Below, in pieces: positions 48,133 to 56,830 of a DNA stretch of 64,000 nucleotides. Source of the DNA: an uncultured Gammaproteobacteria bacterium (GTDB lineage Bacteria; Patescibacteriota; Microgenomatia; Levybacterales; GWA1-39-11); NCBI GenBank assembly GCA_964504535.1, contig CAZDED010000003.1, positions 70,850 to 134,849 of the forward strand. Reading direction: 5' to 3'. The first letter of the stretch is position 1, and each line of letters starts with the position of its first letter. The notes under the pieces were generated by a model. The model worked only from the letters and a program-made list of their open reading frames with translations, did no database searches and had not been told where the DNA came from. The position numbers and the translations under genes were made by a program.

Positions 48133-49545
48133 CTAGCTGGAGATATTGATTTCAACTGTCACTTTTTTCCCTATAATATTTTCTGCTGATTTCAGAAGAT
48201 CCGGATATACTTTTTCAGACTTTAGACGCTCGGCATGGATCGGAAATGGCGTTTGAATCAACAAAGCCCCACCGTCCAAACTTGCTTCTTTTGCCGAACG
48301 TAATAATGCAGCACCCGGCTTGTTGACCTCATTGAGACTTGCAATCAAATCCGCTAAAAGATTGGAATTAGAATTAGGGGTTTTGGATTCTTTCTTTTTT
48401 TCTCCTGACTCTTGCCTATTTCCTTCTGTCTTGTGACTAGTGTCTAATGTCTTTTGTCTTGCGTCTCCCGTCTCCTGCTTACTATCCCCTGCACCCTGTA
48501 CCCTGTCAATGATGCAGTACTTAACCGTCATAAGCTCTAAAGGAAGCTGGGGGATAACAGACATTCTGAGCTCTCCATATGCTTCGTTGGCAAGTTCCAA
48601 AAGATTTTTGATGCTACTTATCTCCAAACCTTTAATGTCCATTACATCACTTTCTATCCCGTTTCTTATCATAAGTAACCCCCTAAGATGATCAACTAAT
48701 TTTTCAATAACTATCTTAAAATCCGCACCAGAATCATTTAACGTGCTTATTGTACGAAGAGCCTCTCTTGCATTCTTTGAAGCATATGCCTCAAGTAACG
48801 CAACTACTTCATTGTTCATTCCCTTTATACGGAATGTTTTTTCGAATAGATCAATTGTAATCTGCTTGCCTTTCGAAGAAAGGGATAACTCTTCCAGTAG
48901 CTTTGCTCCATCCCGAAAGCTACCTTCAGAAATTTTATATATCTCTTTCAGAACTTCTTCATCAATTTTTAATTTTTCGCCCTCAACAATCCTTTTTAAT
49001 GAGTGGACCAGCTCCTCTTCGGTTGGTTTTTCGAATTGGACCTGGAAAGTTCGAGATATTACAGTTGCTGGCAGCTTTTGGAGTTCTGTAGTTGCCAAAA
49101 CAAAAACAACATGGGAAGGTGGTTCTTCCAAGGTCTTAAGTAATGCATTGAAGGCACCAGTTGATAACATATGCACTTCGTCGATGATGTATACCTTTTT
49201 TTTAAGGGTTGACGATGCAAATTTTACCCGCTCACGAAGCGTACGCATCTCCTCTACTCCCCCATTTGAAGCAGCATCAATTTCTAAAACATCAATATTT
49301 GAACCATTGGTGATGGAAACGCAATTTTCGCAAACATTACACGGCTCAATTCCTTTGGGAGTTAAACAGTTGATTGATTTTGCTAAAATTCGGGCTGATG
49401 ATGTCTTCCCAAGACCCTTACTACCGGTAAATAAAAATGCATGTGGAATTTCTTTTGAGGAAAGAATGGCGGTCAACTTTTCCCGGACGCTAAAAAGATC
49501 AAGATCTGAGATTGTTTGGGGGCGGTATTTTCGATAGTAAACCAT
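48133..49545 (-). CDS. dnaX: DNA polymerase III subunit gamma/tau
   Basis: YRKYRP, G.KG.GKTS, C..C..C, EIDAAS, IIDEVHML, NALLKTLEEPP. Confidence 0.97.
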   Translation of the reverse strand: MVYYRKYRPQTISDLDLFSVREKLTAILSSKEIPHAFLFTGSKGLGKTSSARILAKSINCLTPKGIEPCNVCENCVSITNGSNIDVLEIDAASNGGVEEMRTLRERVKFASSTLKKKVYIIDEVHMLSTGAFNALLKTLEEPPSHVVFVLATTELQKLPATVISRTFQVQFEKPTEEELVHSLKRIVEGEKLKIDEEVLKEIYKISEGSFRDGAKLLEELSLSSKGKQITIDLFEKTFRIKGMNNEVVALLEAYASKNAREALRTISTLNDSGADFKIVIEKLVDHLRGLLMIRNGIESDVMDIKGLEISSIKNLLELANEAYGELRMSVIPQLPLELMTVKYCIIDRVQGAGDSKQETGDARQKTLDTSHKTEGNRQESGEKKKESKTPNSNSNLLADLIASLNEVNKPGAALLRSAKEASLDGGALLIQTPFPIHAERLKSEKVYPDLLKSAENIIGKKVTVEINISS

Positions 49546-49644
49546 AGAATATGACTAGTTATAAGGATTAGTTGTTAGTTTATAACTTAATTACATTAAA
49601 GAATCAAACAGCATTCAACTATTCGTATTCCTGACAGCTAGTAA

Positions 49645-50031
49645 CTATCTGTGATGAAATCCTAGAAGGTGCATGAGGCTATGTTCTACTAATTCGTCAA
49701 CTCGGTCGTCAATGAGCATGTTGTCACGAGCACACTCCTCTATAACTTTAGGGTAAGAAAGGACAATATCTCCCAGATAGAGCTTGTCTGGAGGTTGCAT
49801 GACACCATCCCCTTCGGTTTGGGAAAATGAAAGAACATTTGTTGATTTGTCGATATCTCTATATTTCTTATTGAGAGCCCTCATCTTTCGGTTTCCGATA
49901 ACGGCAATACTGACATCCACAGGACTTGTTATGTGCTGTTTTAACAGAACTTTAATAACGGTATCCTTAATCCTTTTTCGATTAATTTTATACCGGCTTT
50001 CCACATAAATCGGGATAGAGATAGAATTCAT
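49645..50031 (-). CDS. ybeY: rRNA maturation RNase YbeY
   Basis: LNKKYR..D..T.VLSF, LGDI, H.LMHLLGFHH. Confidence 0.94.
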   Translation of the reverse strand: MNSISIPIYVESRYKINRKRIKDTVIKVLLKQHITSPVDVSIAVIGNRKMRALNKKYRDIDKSTNVLSFSQTEGDGVMQPPDKLYLGDIVLSYPKVIEECARDNMLIDDRVDELVEHSLMHLLGFHHR

Positions 50032-50053
50032 GATAACTATTAACTTCTGACTG

Positions 50054-50239
50054 CTAGTATTGATTGTGCTTTGCCATTTTTTGCTTCAGTGCTTTTTTGA
50101 ATTTTTTTGCCAATGAAGGCTTAAGATGAAATTCTCTTTTTTTCATCTCATGAATAATACCCTCGCTCATAACTTTGCGAGAAAATTTTCTGATCATAGC
50201 ATCTGGGCTGTCGCCAGGTTGTTTTTTAATAAAAACCAT
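50054..50239 (-). CDS. rpsU: 30S ribosomal protein S21
   Basis: RKF.RKV...GI..E.K.RE...KPS. Confidence 0.9.
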   Translation of the reverse strand: MVFIKKQPGDSPDAMIRKFSRKVMSEGIIHEMKKREFHLKPSLAKKFKKALKQKMAKHNQY

Positions 50240-50438
50240 AGAATAAAAACACCTCCTTAAAACACTTGTACTTACTACAAGATACGGTAATTATACCTCA
50301 AAAGCTTTTCAAAAAAAACTAATAGATTTTGAGGTACTAGCTTTGCTTATATCTCAACTTCATCAAAATATAAATACGTGCATTGAGATAGAGAACGATA
50401 GGGCTCATACCTCAAACTCATTTTCAAATAAAACTACC

Positions 50439-50467
50439 TTGAAATATGTTTATTCATATCCTATAAT
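50439..50467 (+). promoter_or_regulatory. Sigma70-type promoter of candidate ncRNA
   Basis: TTGAAA-17 nt-TATAAT. Confidence 0.75.
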
Positions 50468-50473
50468 CTCTTT

Positions 50474-51230
50474 ACCGTAAACGCTTTCCCGCTTATACGG
50501 GCACTTTTATATACATTTGCATGTTCCACCCGCTTGTCGGGTGTTTCATAATCCATATGAAGAGGTTAGACATGTAGGAGCGCCCACACAGCCGCATCAT
50601 CATCAGAAGCAGGCAGACACCCGTAAGGGTCTGTCCGACAACATCAAGCCTGCCATCTTGGCGGTAACGTCTGAATACTCAAGTGGGTGATGGACGGGGG
50701 GACTGACCCCGTCCTGATCCTCAGATAGGGATTTAGTGGGTTACCTGATTCACGAATATCAGGTAATTTTCGCTGAGTTTCTACCAACACCCTTGATCGC
50801 ACGTGATCCAGAAGTTTTAGTTGCACATAGATGTGACTATTCCTCCGACTTGAGTTATAGGCTGGATCTCTGGCCTAGCCCTATCCGCTTTTCCCGCTGC
50901 AGATAAGCAGCACGATTTAGGAAAGTGGGAGAGGCCACTTTCAAACGGGACGAGCCAACTACCTCTGGGTTTCTACCGTCTTGTCGGCTCGTCCCACCTC
51001 TAGACGGGTTCAGTGCAGGCGTAAGGGCCTGCACTTCCCCTCTTCCCGGGGGGAGGTGGGTGCGATACCACCTCCCCCTATGGGGACATGCAAATGACTA
51101 GACACATCCTGTCTGCCATCGCTTAATGAGCGCAAGCGAAATTGGGCGGACCGTGATTGATCAGGGAGCTTTTTTAGGCTCCCAATTCTTGCTCCCGCCG
51201 GCGCCTCTGACAGAGAACCGGCGGGAGTCA
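50474..51230 (+). ncRNA. Candidate large structured non-coding RNA (~750 nt), class unassigned
   Basis: At least 10 strong local hairpins, 14-bp long-range helix 50514-50527/51083-51096, GC-rich, no + strand ORF of 60 aa or more, upstream promoter. Confidence 0.72.
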
Positions 51231-51285
51231 TACAACAATTTCCCACACAAAAATTTCTGTTTAAAGTTTGAAATAATCGTTTAGG

Positions 51286-51618
51286 TTACTTAATTGGCGC
51301 TTGTAGCCCCGTTGGACCAATGAGGTGAAAATGAAGATGATTGATGACTTGCCCGCCTCCGGCATTTACTAATATTTTATACCCTTTTCCAACCAAATCT
51401 GTTTCATCAACTATTTTTTGGATACCTTTCCTAACAGAAGACAAAACATCATCGTCATGCAAATCTTCAAAAGCTCCATAATGCTCTTTACTTATGAAAA
51501 GCACATGGATTTTTGCAACAGGATGGATATCATCAAATGCCAAGACATTTTCGTCCTTAAATCTAAAGTCCTTCGGAATTTCCCCTTTAACAATCTCGCA
51601 AAAAATACAATCATTCAT
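51286..51618 (-). CDS. HIT-family nucleotide hydrolase
   Basis: CIFC, DIHP.A..H, Q...HLHFH. Confidence 0.95.
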   Translation of the reverse strand: MNDCIFCEIVKGEIPKDFRFKDENVLAFDDIHPVAKIHVLFISKEHYGAFEDLHDDDVLSSVRKGIQKIVDETDLVGKGYKILVNAGGGQVINHLHFHLIGPTGLQAPIK

Positions 51619-51653
51619 AATATAGTTATATTAACCAATGCTACTTAATATGT

Positions 51654-52211
51654 CTACCACCCGCTACTTTTATTTACAGTTTGAGAGACTAAAGGATGTG
51701 GGGCGGTTTCAGAATATGTAATGCCCCCACGCCCAGAGTCTCTAGCAAAAGCCAAATTTACATCCACAAGTTCGGGCAAATACAGCATATCCCTTCGCAA
51801 AACACTATTCAATGCATCTAACTCAACTACTGAAAGGGAAAGGGACACATTGCCGTCTTCATTTAGGACTGCATCCGAGATACACGTTAACATGCTTCCT
51901 TTTCTACTTTCACAAAGCGGATACTCTAGATCCCTTCTCATCGGTTCATTCTTAGAACCGTATGCAGCATTTTTGATATTCGCATAAGTATCGTAACTTA
52001 AAGTAAAAGGAATTCTCATATCATCTTTGTGAGGAGTTCCAGACAAAAGGCTGACTCCTGTTTCAACACTTCTTTTCCATTCTTCCATCTGATCTTTAAC
52101 TTTCTTGTCGACAGCTTTTGAGGTTTCCTCCATTTCGTATATACCACTTGCAAGCTTTTCAGCTTCAGCAACTGCTCTTCTCTTTTCTCTTATTCTTTCT
52201 ATTCCGAACAT
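51654..52211 (-). CDS. Hypothetical protein
   Basis: 185-aa ORF. Confidence 0.7.
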   Translation of the reverse strand: MFGIERIREKRRAVAEAEKLASGIYEMEETSKAVDKKVKDQMEEWKRSVETGVSLLSGTPHKDDMRIPFTLSYDTYANIKNAAYGSKNEPMRRDLEYPLCESRKGSMLTCISDAVLNEDGNVSLSLSVVELDALNSVLRRDMLYLPELVDVNLAFARDSGRGGITYSETAPHPLVSQTVNKSSGW

Positions 52212-52213
52212 AT

Positions 52214-53314
52214 TTATCTACCAATTTTAAACTCCACTACGTCTCCATCGTGCATAGTGTATTCTTTCCCTTGAAGACCTGCTTTTCCTTTTTCCCGTGC
52301 CCCTTTCCATCCTCCACACTCCACAAAATCGTCGTATTCCACAATTTCTGCCTTTATAAATTTTGCCATAAAATCAGTGTGTATTTCCCCAGCTGCCTCA
52401 ACTGCTGTAGCTCCAATTTTGATAGTCCATGCTCTTACTTCTTTTTCTCCACAGGTCAGAAAACTCATAAGCCCCAATTTCTCGTACGCTTTCTGGATAA
52501 GACGCTCTAACCCGGACCTTTCAACACCTAGCTCTTTGAGGTATTCTTTTGCATCCTCATCCCCAAGCTCAGCAAGCTCACTCTCGATCTTTGCTGACAC
52601 TACAACCATGTTACTTTTTTCCATTCCTAAAATCTTGCTGTATTCCGCGATGACAGCGTCAAATTTACTTTCAGAATACGAGTCTTCACTAACATTCAGG
52701 ACCATAATTTCAGGTTTTGAAGTAAGGAGAGACAATTGGATGACTACTGCCTCCTCACCTCTAGTAAGAAGTGCCGTTCTGGCCGGAAGTCCTGTATTCA
52801 TATGCATCCTGAGTTTTGTAACTGCAGAACTCAGAACGGTATCAGTTCTTAAAGTTTTTTCATTAATTTTGGAAAGCGTGTCAAGATCAGCTAAGATAAG
52901 CTCAGTTATAATTGTTTCATAATCCTCTTTAACCCCGACTGACCCTTCCCGAATCACATCTTTATCTTCAAAAGCACGAACAACGTGAGCTATAACCCGC
53001 ACTTCCCTGATGTGTGACAGAAATTTATTTCCCAATCCCTCTCCAGAGGATGCGCCTTTGACAAGTCCTGCAATATCAACAAACTCAACCATTGCCGGTT
53101 TTATTGGGGGAAGATCACTCATGCCTACTTCCTCTTTAGTAATTTCTGCCAGACGGGTAAGTCGATCATCGGGAACGGGAACTATCCCAACATTTGGTTC
53201 TATCGTTGCAAAAGGATAGTTTGCAGCCAGAGCTGCCTGTTTTTTGAGAAGTGCATTGAACAATGTTGACTTTCCAACATTTGGCAACCCAACAATCCCG
53301 ACAGAGATATTCAT
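52214..53314 (-). CDS. ychF: Ribosome-binding ATPase YchF
   Basis: [37 protein letters not shown]. Confidence 0.97.
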   Translation of the reverse strand: MNISVGIVGLPNVGKSTLFNALLKKQAALAANYPFATIEPNVGIVPVPDDRLTRLAEITKEEVGMSDLPPIKPAMVEFVDIAGLVKGASSGEGLGNKFLSHIREVRVIAHVVRAFEDKDVIREGSVGVKEDYETIITELILADLDTLSKINEKTLRTDTVLSSAVTKLRMHMNTGLPARTALLTRGEEAVVIQLSLLTSKPEIMVLNVSEDSYSESKFDAVIAEYSKILGMEKSNMVVVSAKIESELAELGDEDAKEYLKELGVERSGLERLIQKAYEKLGLMSFLTCGEKEVRAWTIKIGATAVEAAGEIHTDFMAKFIKAEIVEYDDFVECGGWKGAREKGKAGLQGKEYTMHDGDVVEFKIGR

Positions 53315-53487
53315 GAGGGTAATTATAGCATGCTTAAGACTCTGCCTATATCTCATGTCTCTCACCCAGTAGGATTTATGTCCTCCTTTACCCTTGTGGT
53401 ATAATCGGACAGTTATTGTGCACTCTGCGACTTGAGCGGAAAATGCACGACAGCACATTCAAAATTGGTCGAAAGAAAGGGCACTCA

Positions 53488-54015
53488 ATGCTCACTGTCA
53501 TTCTCGTTGCTCTCACAGGACTACTTCTTGGCGTGTACCTTGCTCGCCGCCATCATGAACAAACCGGAACCAGTATCTGGTTCGGCATGATCGGTATCAT
53601 GTTCGGAACAACCGTTGGACTCATCATCGCCACAGTCTGGGGCAACTCCAGTCCCACGAAATGGGAGGAAGTCAACAGGAGAGAGCTTTACGGCCTCTCA
53701 AACGGCCTCAGCGCAACGGGAGGAGGACGCGTATATGTACGTATCTCTCCTACCAACGCGTACACCTATTGGTATCCTGTCAAGAATGACATCAACGGTA
53801 TTCCCGTTGAGGACTCGTTCCGCTCAGAAACCGCTTGGGGAAACGTTCAGATCATCCAAGAGGAGCGCCAAGGCGGTATTCTGGTCATCTATCAAAAGGT
53901 GTGCGCCAAAAATGCTTATGATCTGTGGAGATTCTGCAGTATCGAAAGCAACAACCGCCAATACTCCTTCTATGTTCCGAAAGGAACAGTAGCTGGAACG
54001 TACGAGCTCAAGTAA
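53488..54015 (+). CDS. GC-rich accessory membrane protein (2 N-terminal TMs)
   Basis: Extended -10 TG.TATAAT at 53397-53405; atypical codon use. Confidence 0.75.
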   Translation: MLTVILVALTGLLLGVYLARRHHEQTGTSIWFGMIGIMFGTTVGLIIATVWGNSSPTKWEEVNRRELYGLSNGLSATGGGRVYVRISPTNAYTYWYPVKNDINGIPVEDSFRSETAWGNVQIIQEERQGGILVIYQKVCAKNAYDLWRFCSIESNNRQYSFYVPKGTVAGTYELK

Positions 54016-54024
54016 TCGACCAAC

Positions 54025-54052
54025 GCCGGGGTATGCACAAGCATATCCCGGC
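54025..54052 (+). terminator. GC-rich 3' hairpin
   Basis: GCCGGGGTATGC-ACAA-GCATATCCCGGC; no U-tract. Confidence 0.6.
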
Positions 54053-54190
54053 ACCCACACTGTTTCCTCAAAATGCTTTGCATTTTTAAACGTTCACAAA
54101 AGTTTATTTCGGGATATTTTTCTCGATATGATTTCCCCATGCCTAAATAGACCAGATAAAATTCTGGTCCATATTTACCATTCGAAATAG

Positions 54191-54634
54191 TCACTCATTT
54201 TTTCTACGTATATCTAATAGATGTTGGTATTGCCATTCCCTTTCTTTTGAGATCTGCTCATCAGTAGCACCATTTCCTTCGAGAGCTTTTATGGAATAGT
54301 AAACAGGCCCTAGGGCATGGGTCTTCACATGCGCAGTTGCTACAGCCTGTCCGCATGCACGTGCTGCAAAACGTGCTGGACTGTCCTTTCCTACTTCTCG
54401 GGCTGCAGCATGTGCATTAAGCGATGCTTTTCTAATAACTAACATATGAAATTCACCAGTTGAAATCCAGTCCTGCAATGTTTGCAATGCAATTAGTGGC
54501 CGCTTGTCTTTTGGGAGTTCTTTTTCAAAAAGAGGAAGTATGCGACAGGACACATCATATGCCCACATCGCCAAAATTTTCTTATCACACTCTCCTACCA
54601 ATTTTTCGAGTTCTTCTGGAAAGAAGTTTTTCAT
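54191..54634 (-). CDS. Imm5-like putative immunity protein
   Basis: LA.WA....R.L..FE...P.D.RP, AHAAAR, AARACGQAVAT.HV..HA, ER.WQ. Confidence 0.8.
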   Translation of the reverse strand: MKNFFPEELEKLVGECDKKILAMWAYDVSCRILPLFEKELPKDKRPLIALQTLQDWISTGEFHMLVIRKASLNAHAAAREVGKDSPARFAARACGQAVATAHVKTHALGPVYYSIKALEGNGATDEQISKEREWQYQHLLDIRRKNE

Positions 54635-54804
54635 TAAAGCTTTAGCATTTCCAGTACTTTATAAAGTACTACTCCCGGCCAGAAAAATGCCTGAATTATA
54701 CCAACAAGTCCATCGATAAAAGATGTTGCGTGTTGGAGAAAGTATACGAGTGCACCCAAAACTCCAAGTCCATAAATAGCTCCTGATCCTGCATTATTTT
54801 TCAA
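54634..54804 (-). CDS. Small 2-TM membrane protein, 56 aa (..GAIYGLGVLGALVYFLQHATSF..FWPG..)
   Basis: Manual translation; GAGGTGA SD, TTG start, TAATG coupling to next gene. Confidence 0.75.
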   Translation of the reverse strand: MKNNAGSGAIYGLGVLGALVYFLQHATSFIDGLVGIIQAFFWPGVVLYKVLEMLKL

Positions 54805-55033
54805 TTTTTACTCACCTCATTTCATTATGTAATATACTTTTAGTTGTAACGCAATCAGTTCTGAAATGCAACGATTCTCTTAGAAGTACCATCCCTCAAG
54901 AAAGTCATTACGTAACAATACAAACTTTCCTAAATAAAAGGATGGCAAATAGCGCAACAATCAGCTATATAAAAATATTAACCATCATACACTGAAGGGT
55001 AAACTGCTCTAATTAAGTAATGCTTCAGTGTCT

Positions 55034-56620
55034 CTACGAAATATTCAAAACTCCTTGTTCATTTAAATATCGAATTGACTGCTTGGCTTGCTCATTGTCG
55101 CTTGCGAGTATAGCCTGTAATTCACTGACGGGTATTGGTATTTCAGAAGATATGCCATTCTGCAATTCAACGGTCCCCAGTCTCGCCAAAATCTTAGATT
55201 TAGTCGCGTCAAAGCGAGAATAACCTTTCTTATTATACCGGGCCAAGGCATCTCTTGCTAAATCCAAGTAACCATTGTCTGTCAGCTTCTCTACCATTTC
55301 TGCTAGGTAAGACCATTTTAAATCCCAATGATCTTCGTCTTTTGGTATAGTTTCTACTGCATCTAGAGCTTGCGTAAATATTTCTGAAGCATCAAATCCT
55401 GCATCATGAGCGGCAATCGCCAGATCAAATATCATTGTAGGGGTGAACAGCCAATCATCAAATTTCTTAATAACCTCCCATGCTTTGGAAAATTGGATCT
55501 TCGCAGCTTCGAAATTTCCCACCATCGCTTCTGCATTTCCAAAAGACGAAAGAATGAAAGCATAATCAGCAGAATGCATACTGAATCTTACCTGATTTTT
55601 AGGGTCAACGGTATTTAAGACTTTAATCTCATCAACGCTCCACTTTCCATCTCCTAGGTATTCAGCTCCTTCAATTACCTTCTGAAATTGCCCTACTGTT
55701 TCTTCTATTGGTTTTCCCTGAGTAGCTTCTATCACAGCTTTACTTGCCAAAGCTTTAAGATATAAAATGCCTCCAAATTTACTTGCTAACTCAACAGCAT
55801 CATCAACTAATCCATGATCCAACTGATTTTTAATGATGTTAGTTTCCAATCCAGAAACCTTAAAATTATCATCTTCCTTTAACTTATCTACTAGTCTTAC
55901 TGCATCATCATACCATCCTACGTCTATATAAGTAGACGCCAACATACTATACCCATCGGCAACCCAAGCATCATCAAGTCGGCTCCCCAAAGCCTCTTTA
56001 AATTCCAGATTGAATTCATTTCTTGAACTATCAAGTAAATTTTCGGCAATCTCAAAACTACGTCTTGCTTCATCTACAAAGCCTGCTTGAGCATAAATGT
56101 CACCAAGTGAGTTATAGCAATAAAACTGGTCAGTATTCGCGGAAGTTGAATCTTCAACAATCTGAAGTTGCATTGAGGCTTCAGCTTTTTGAAGCATATT
56201 TGTCGGGTCCTCACCTTGGCTTGCAATGGTTCTTCCAGCTAAAAGATACCCACTATATTCCGGACGAAATGCAGAAACATTTCTTTCGGCAGTTTCATAA
56301 TTGCCCATCAAAGCATCAATATGTGCCATTCCCCATTCAATGCTACTTTTTTTATGACCACTATCGTTTATCATTCCCCGCAGCGATAAAAATACTTCTC
56401 TGTTTGTGTTTGGGGACATACTGGTGGCTGCTGCATTAATAACAGCTATCTCGACAACCCCTGGTATATGGATAGAACCATCACTGAAAGTCGTAGCTTT
56501 AACCGCTTCATTAATATGAACTTTGCCAAAATGTGTATTTATTATTCGTGCAGCAAGATCTGAATCGAGTGGTGAGATTTCTTCAGGTATCCTTTGTAAA
56601 TTAAATTCACTTTCTACCAT
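55034..56620 (-). CDS. TPR-like helical repeat protein
   Basis: Repeats such as LGDIYAQAGFVDEARRSFEIA. Confidence 0.75.
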   Translation of the reverse strand: MVESEFNLQRIPEEISPLDSDLAARIINTHFGKVHINEAVKATTFSDGSIHIPGVVEIAVINAAATSMSPNTNREVFLSLRGMINDSGHKKSSIEWGMAHIDALMGNYETAERNVSAFRPEYSGYLLAGRTIASQGEDPTNMLQKAEASMQLQIVEDSTSANTDQFYCYNSLGDIYAQAGFVDEARRSFEIAENLLDSSRNEFNLEFKEALGSRLDDAWVADGYSMLASTYIDVGWYDDAVRLVDKLKEDDNFKVSGLETNIIKNQLDHGLVDDAVELASKFGGILYLKALASKAVIEATQGKPIEETVGQFQKVIEGAEYLGDGKWSVDEIKVLNTVDPKNQVRFSMHSADYAFILSSFGNAEAMVGNFEAAKIQFSKAWEVIKKFDDWLFTPTMIFDLAIAAHDAGFDASEIFTQALDAVETIPKDEDHWDLKWSYLAEMVEKLTDNGYLDLARDALARYNKKGYSRFDATKSKILARLGTVELQNGISSEIPIPVSELQAILASDNEQAKQSIRYLNEQGVLNIS

Positions 56621-56830
56621 AGTTTAACTAGCATAAGAAAGAATAGCTTTATTATACACGATATGCCCATAATGTAAGAATAAACTTGTAGCGCCCTGTC
56701 ACTTAGACCATCCTGCGCTGACCCAAAATTAGACTACTTAATCGCTTTTGAAATTTAATATAAATGAAAAGGTGAGATAAAATAGCTCATTTAATTTCAA
56801 CAATACTTGAGATAAAATACGACAATTGAT

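Noticed and set aside
48743-49537. 264-aa plus-strand ORF and similar long antisense ORFs (e.g. 52377-52922, 32824-33288)
   Set aside because: Antisense shadows of dnaX, ychF and htrA
50474-51230. RNase P, tmRNA, SRP RNA or group I/II intron as identity of the structured region
   Set aside because: No GAGGAAAGTCC...AACCCGGCTTA pair, tRNA-like ends, SRP GGAA loop motif or domain V recognised on either strand; an Rfam search is still needed
50644-51246. Minus-strand ORFs of 60 and 78 aa
   Set aside because: GTG starts without RBS, compositions typical of translated GC hairpins, opposite to the clear promoter
53970-54194. 74-aa minus-strand ORF downstream of Imm5-like gene
   Set aside because: Runs through a hairpin into the opposing gene; at most a remnant, not supportable
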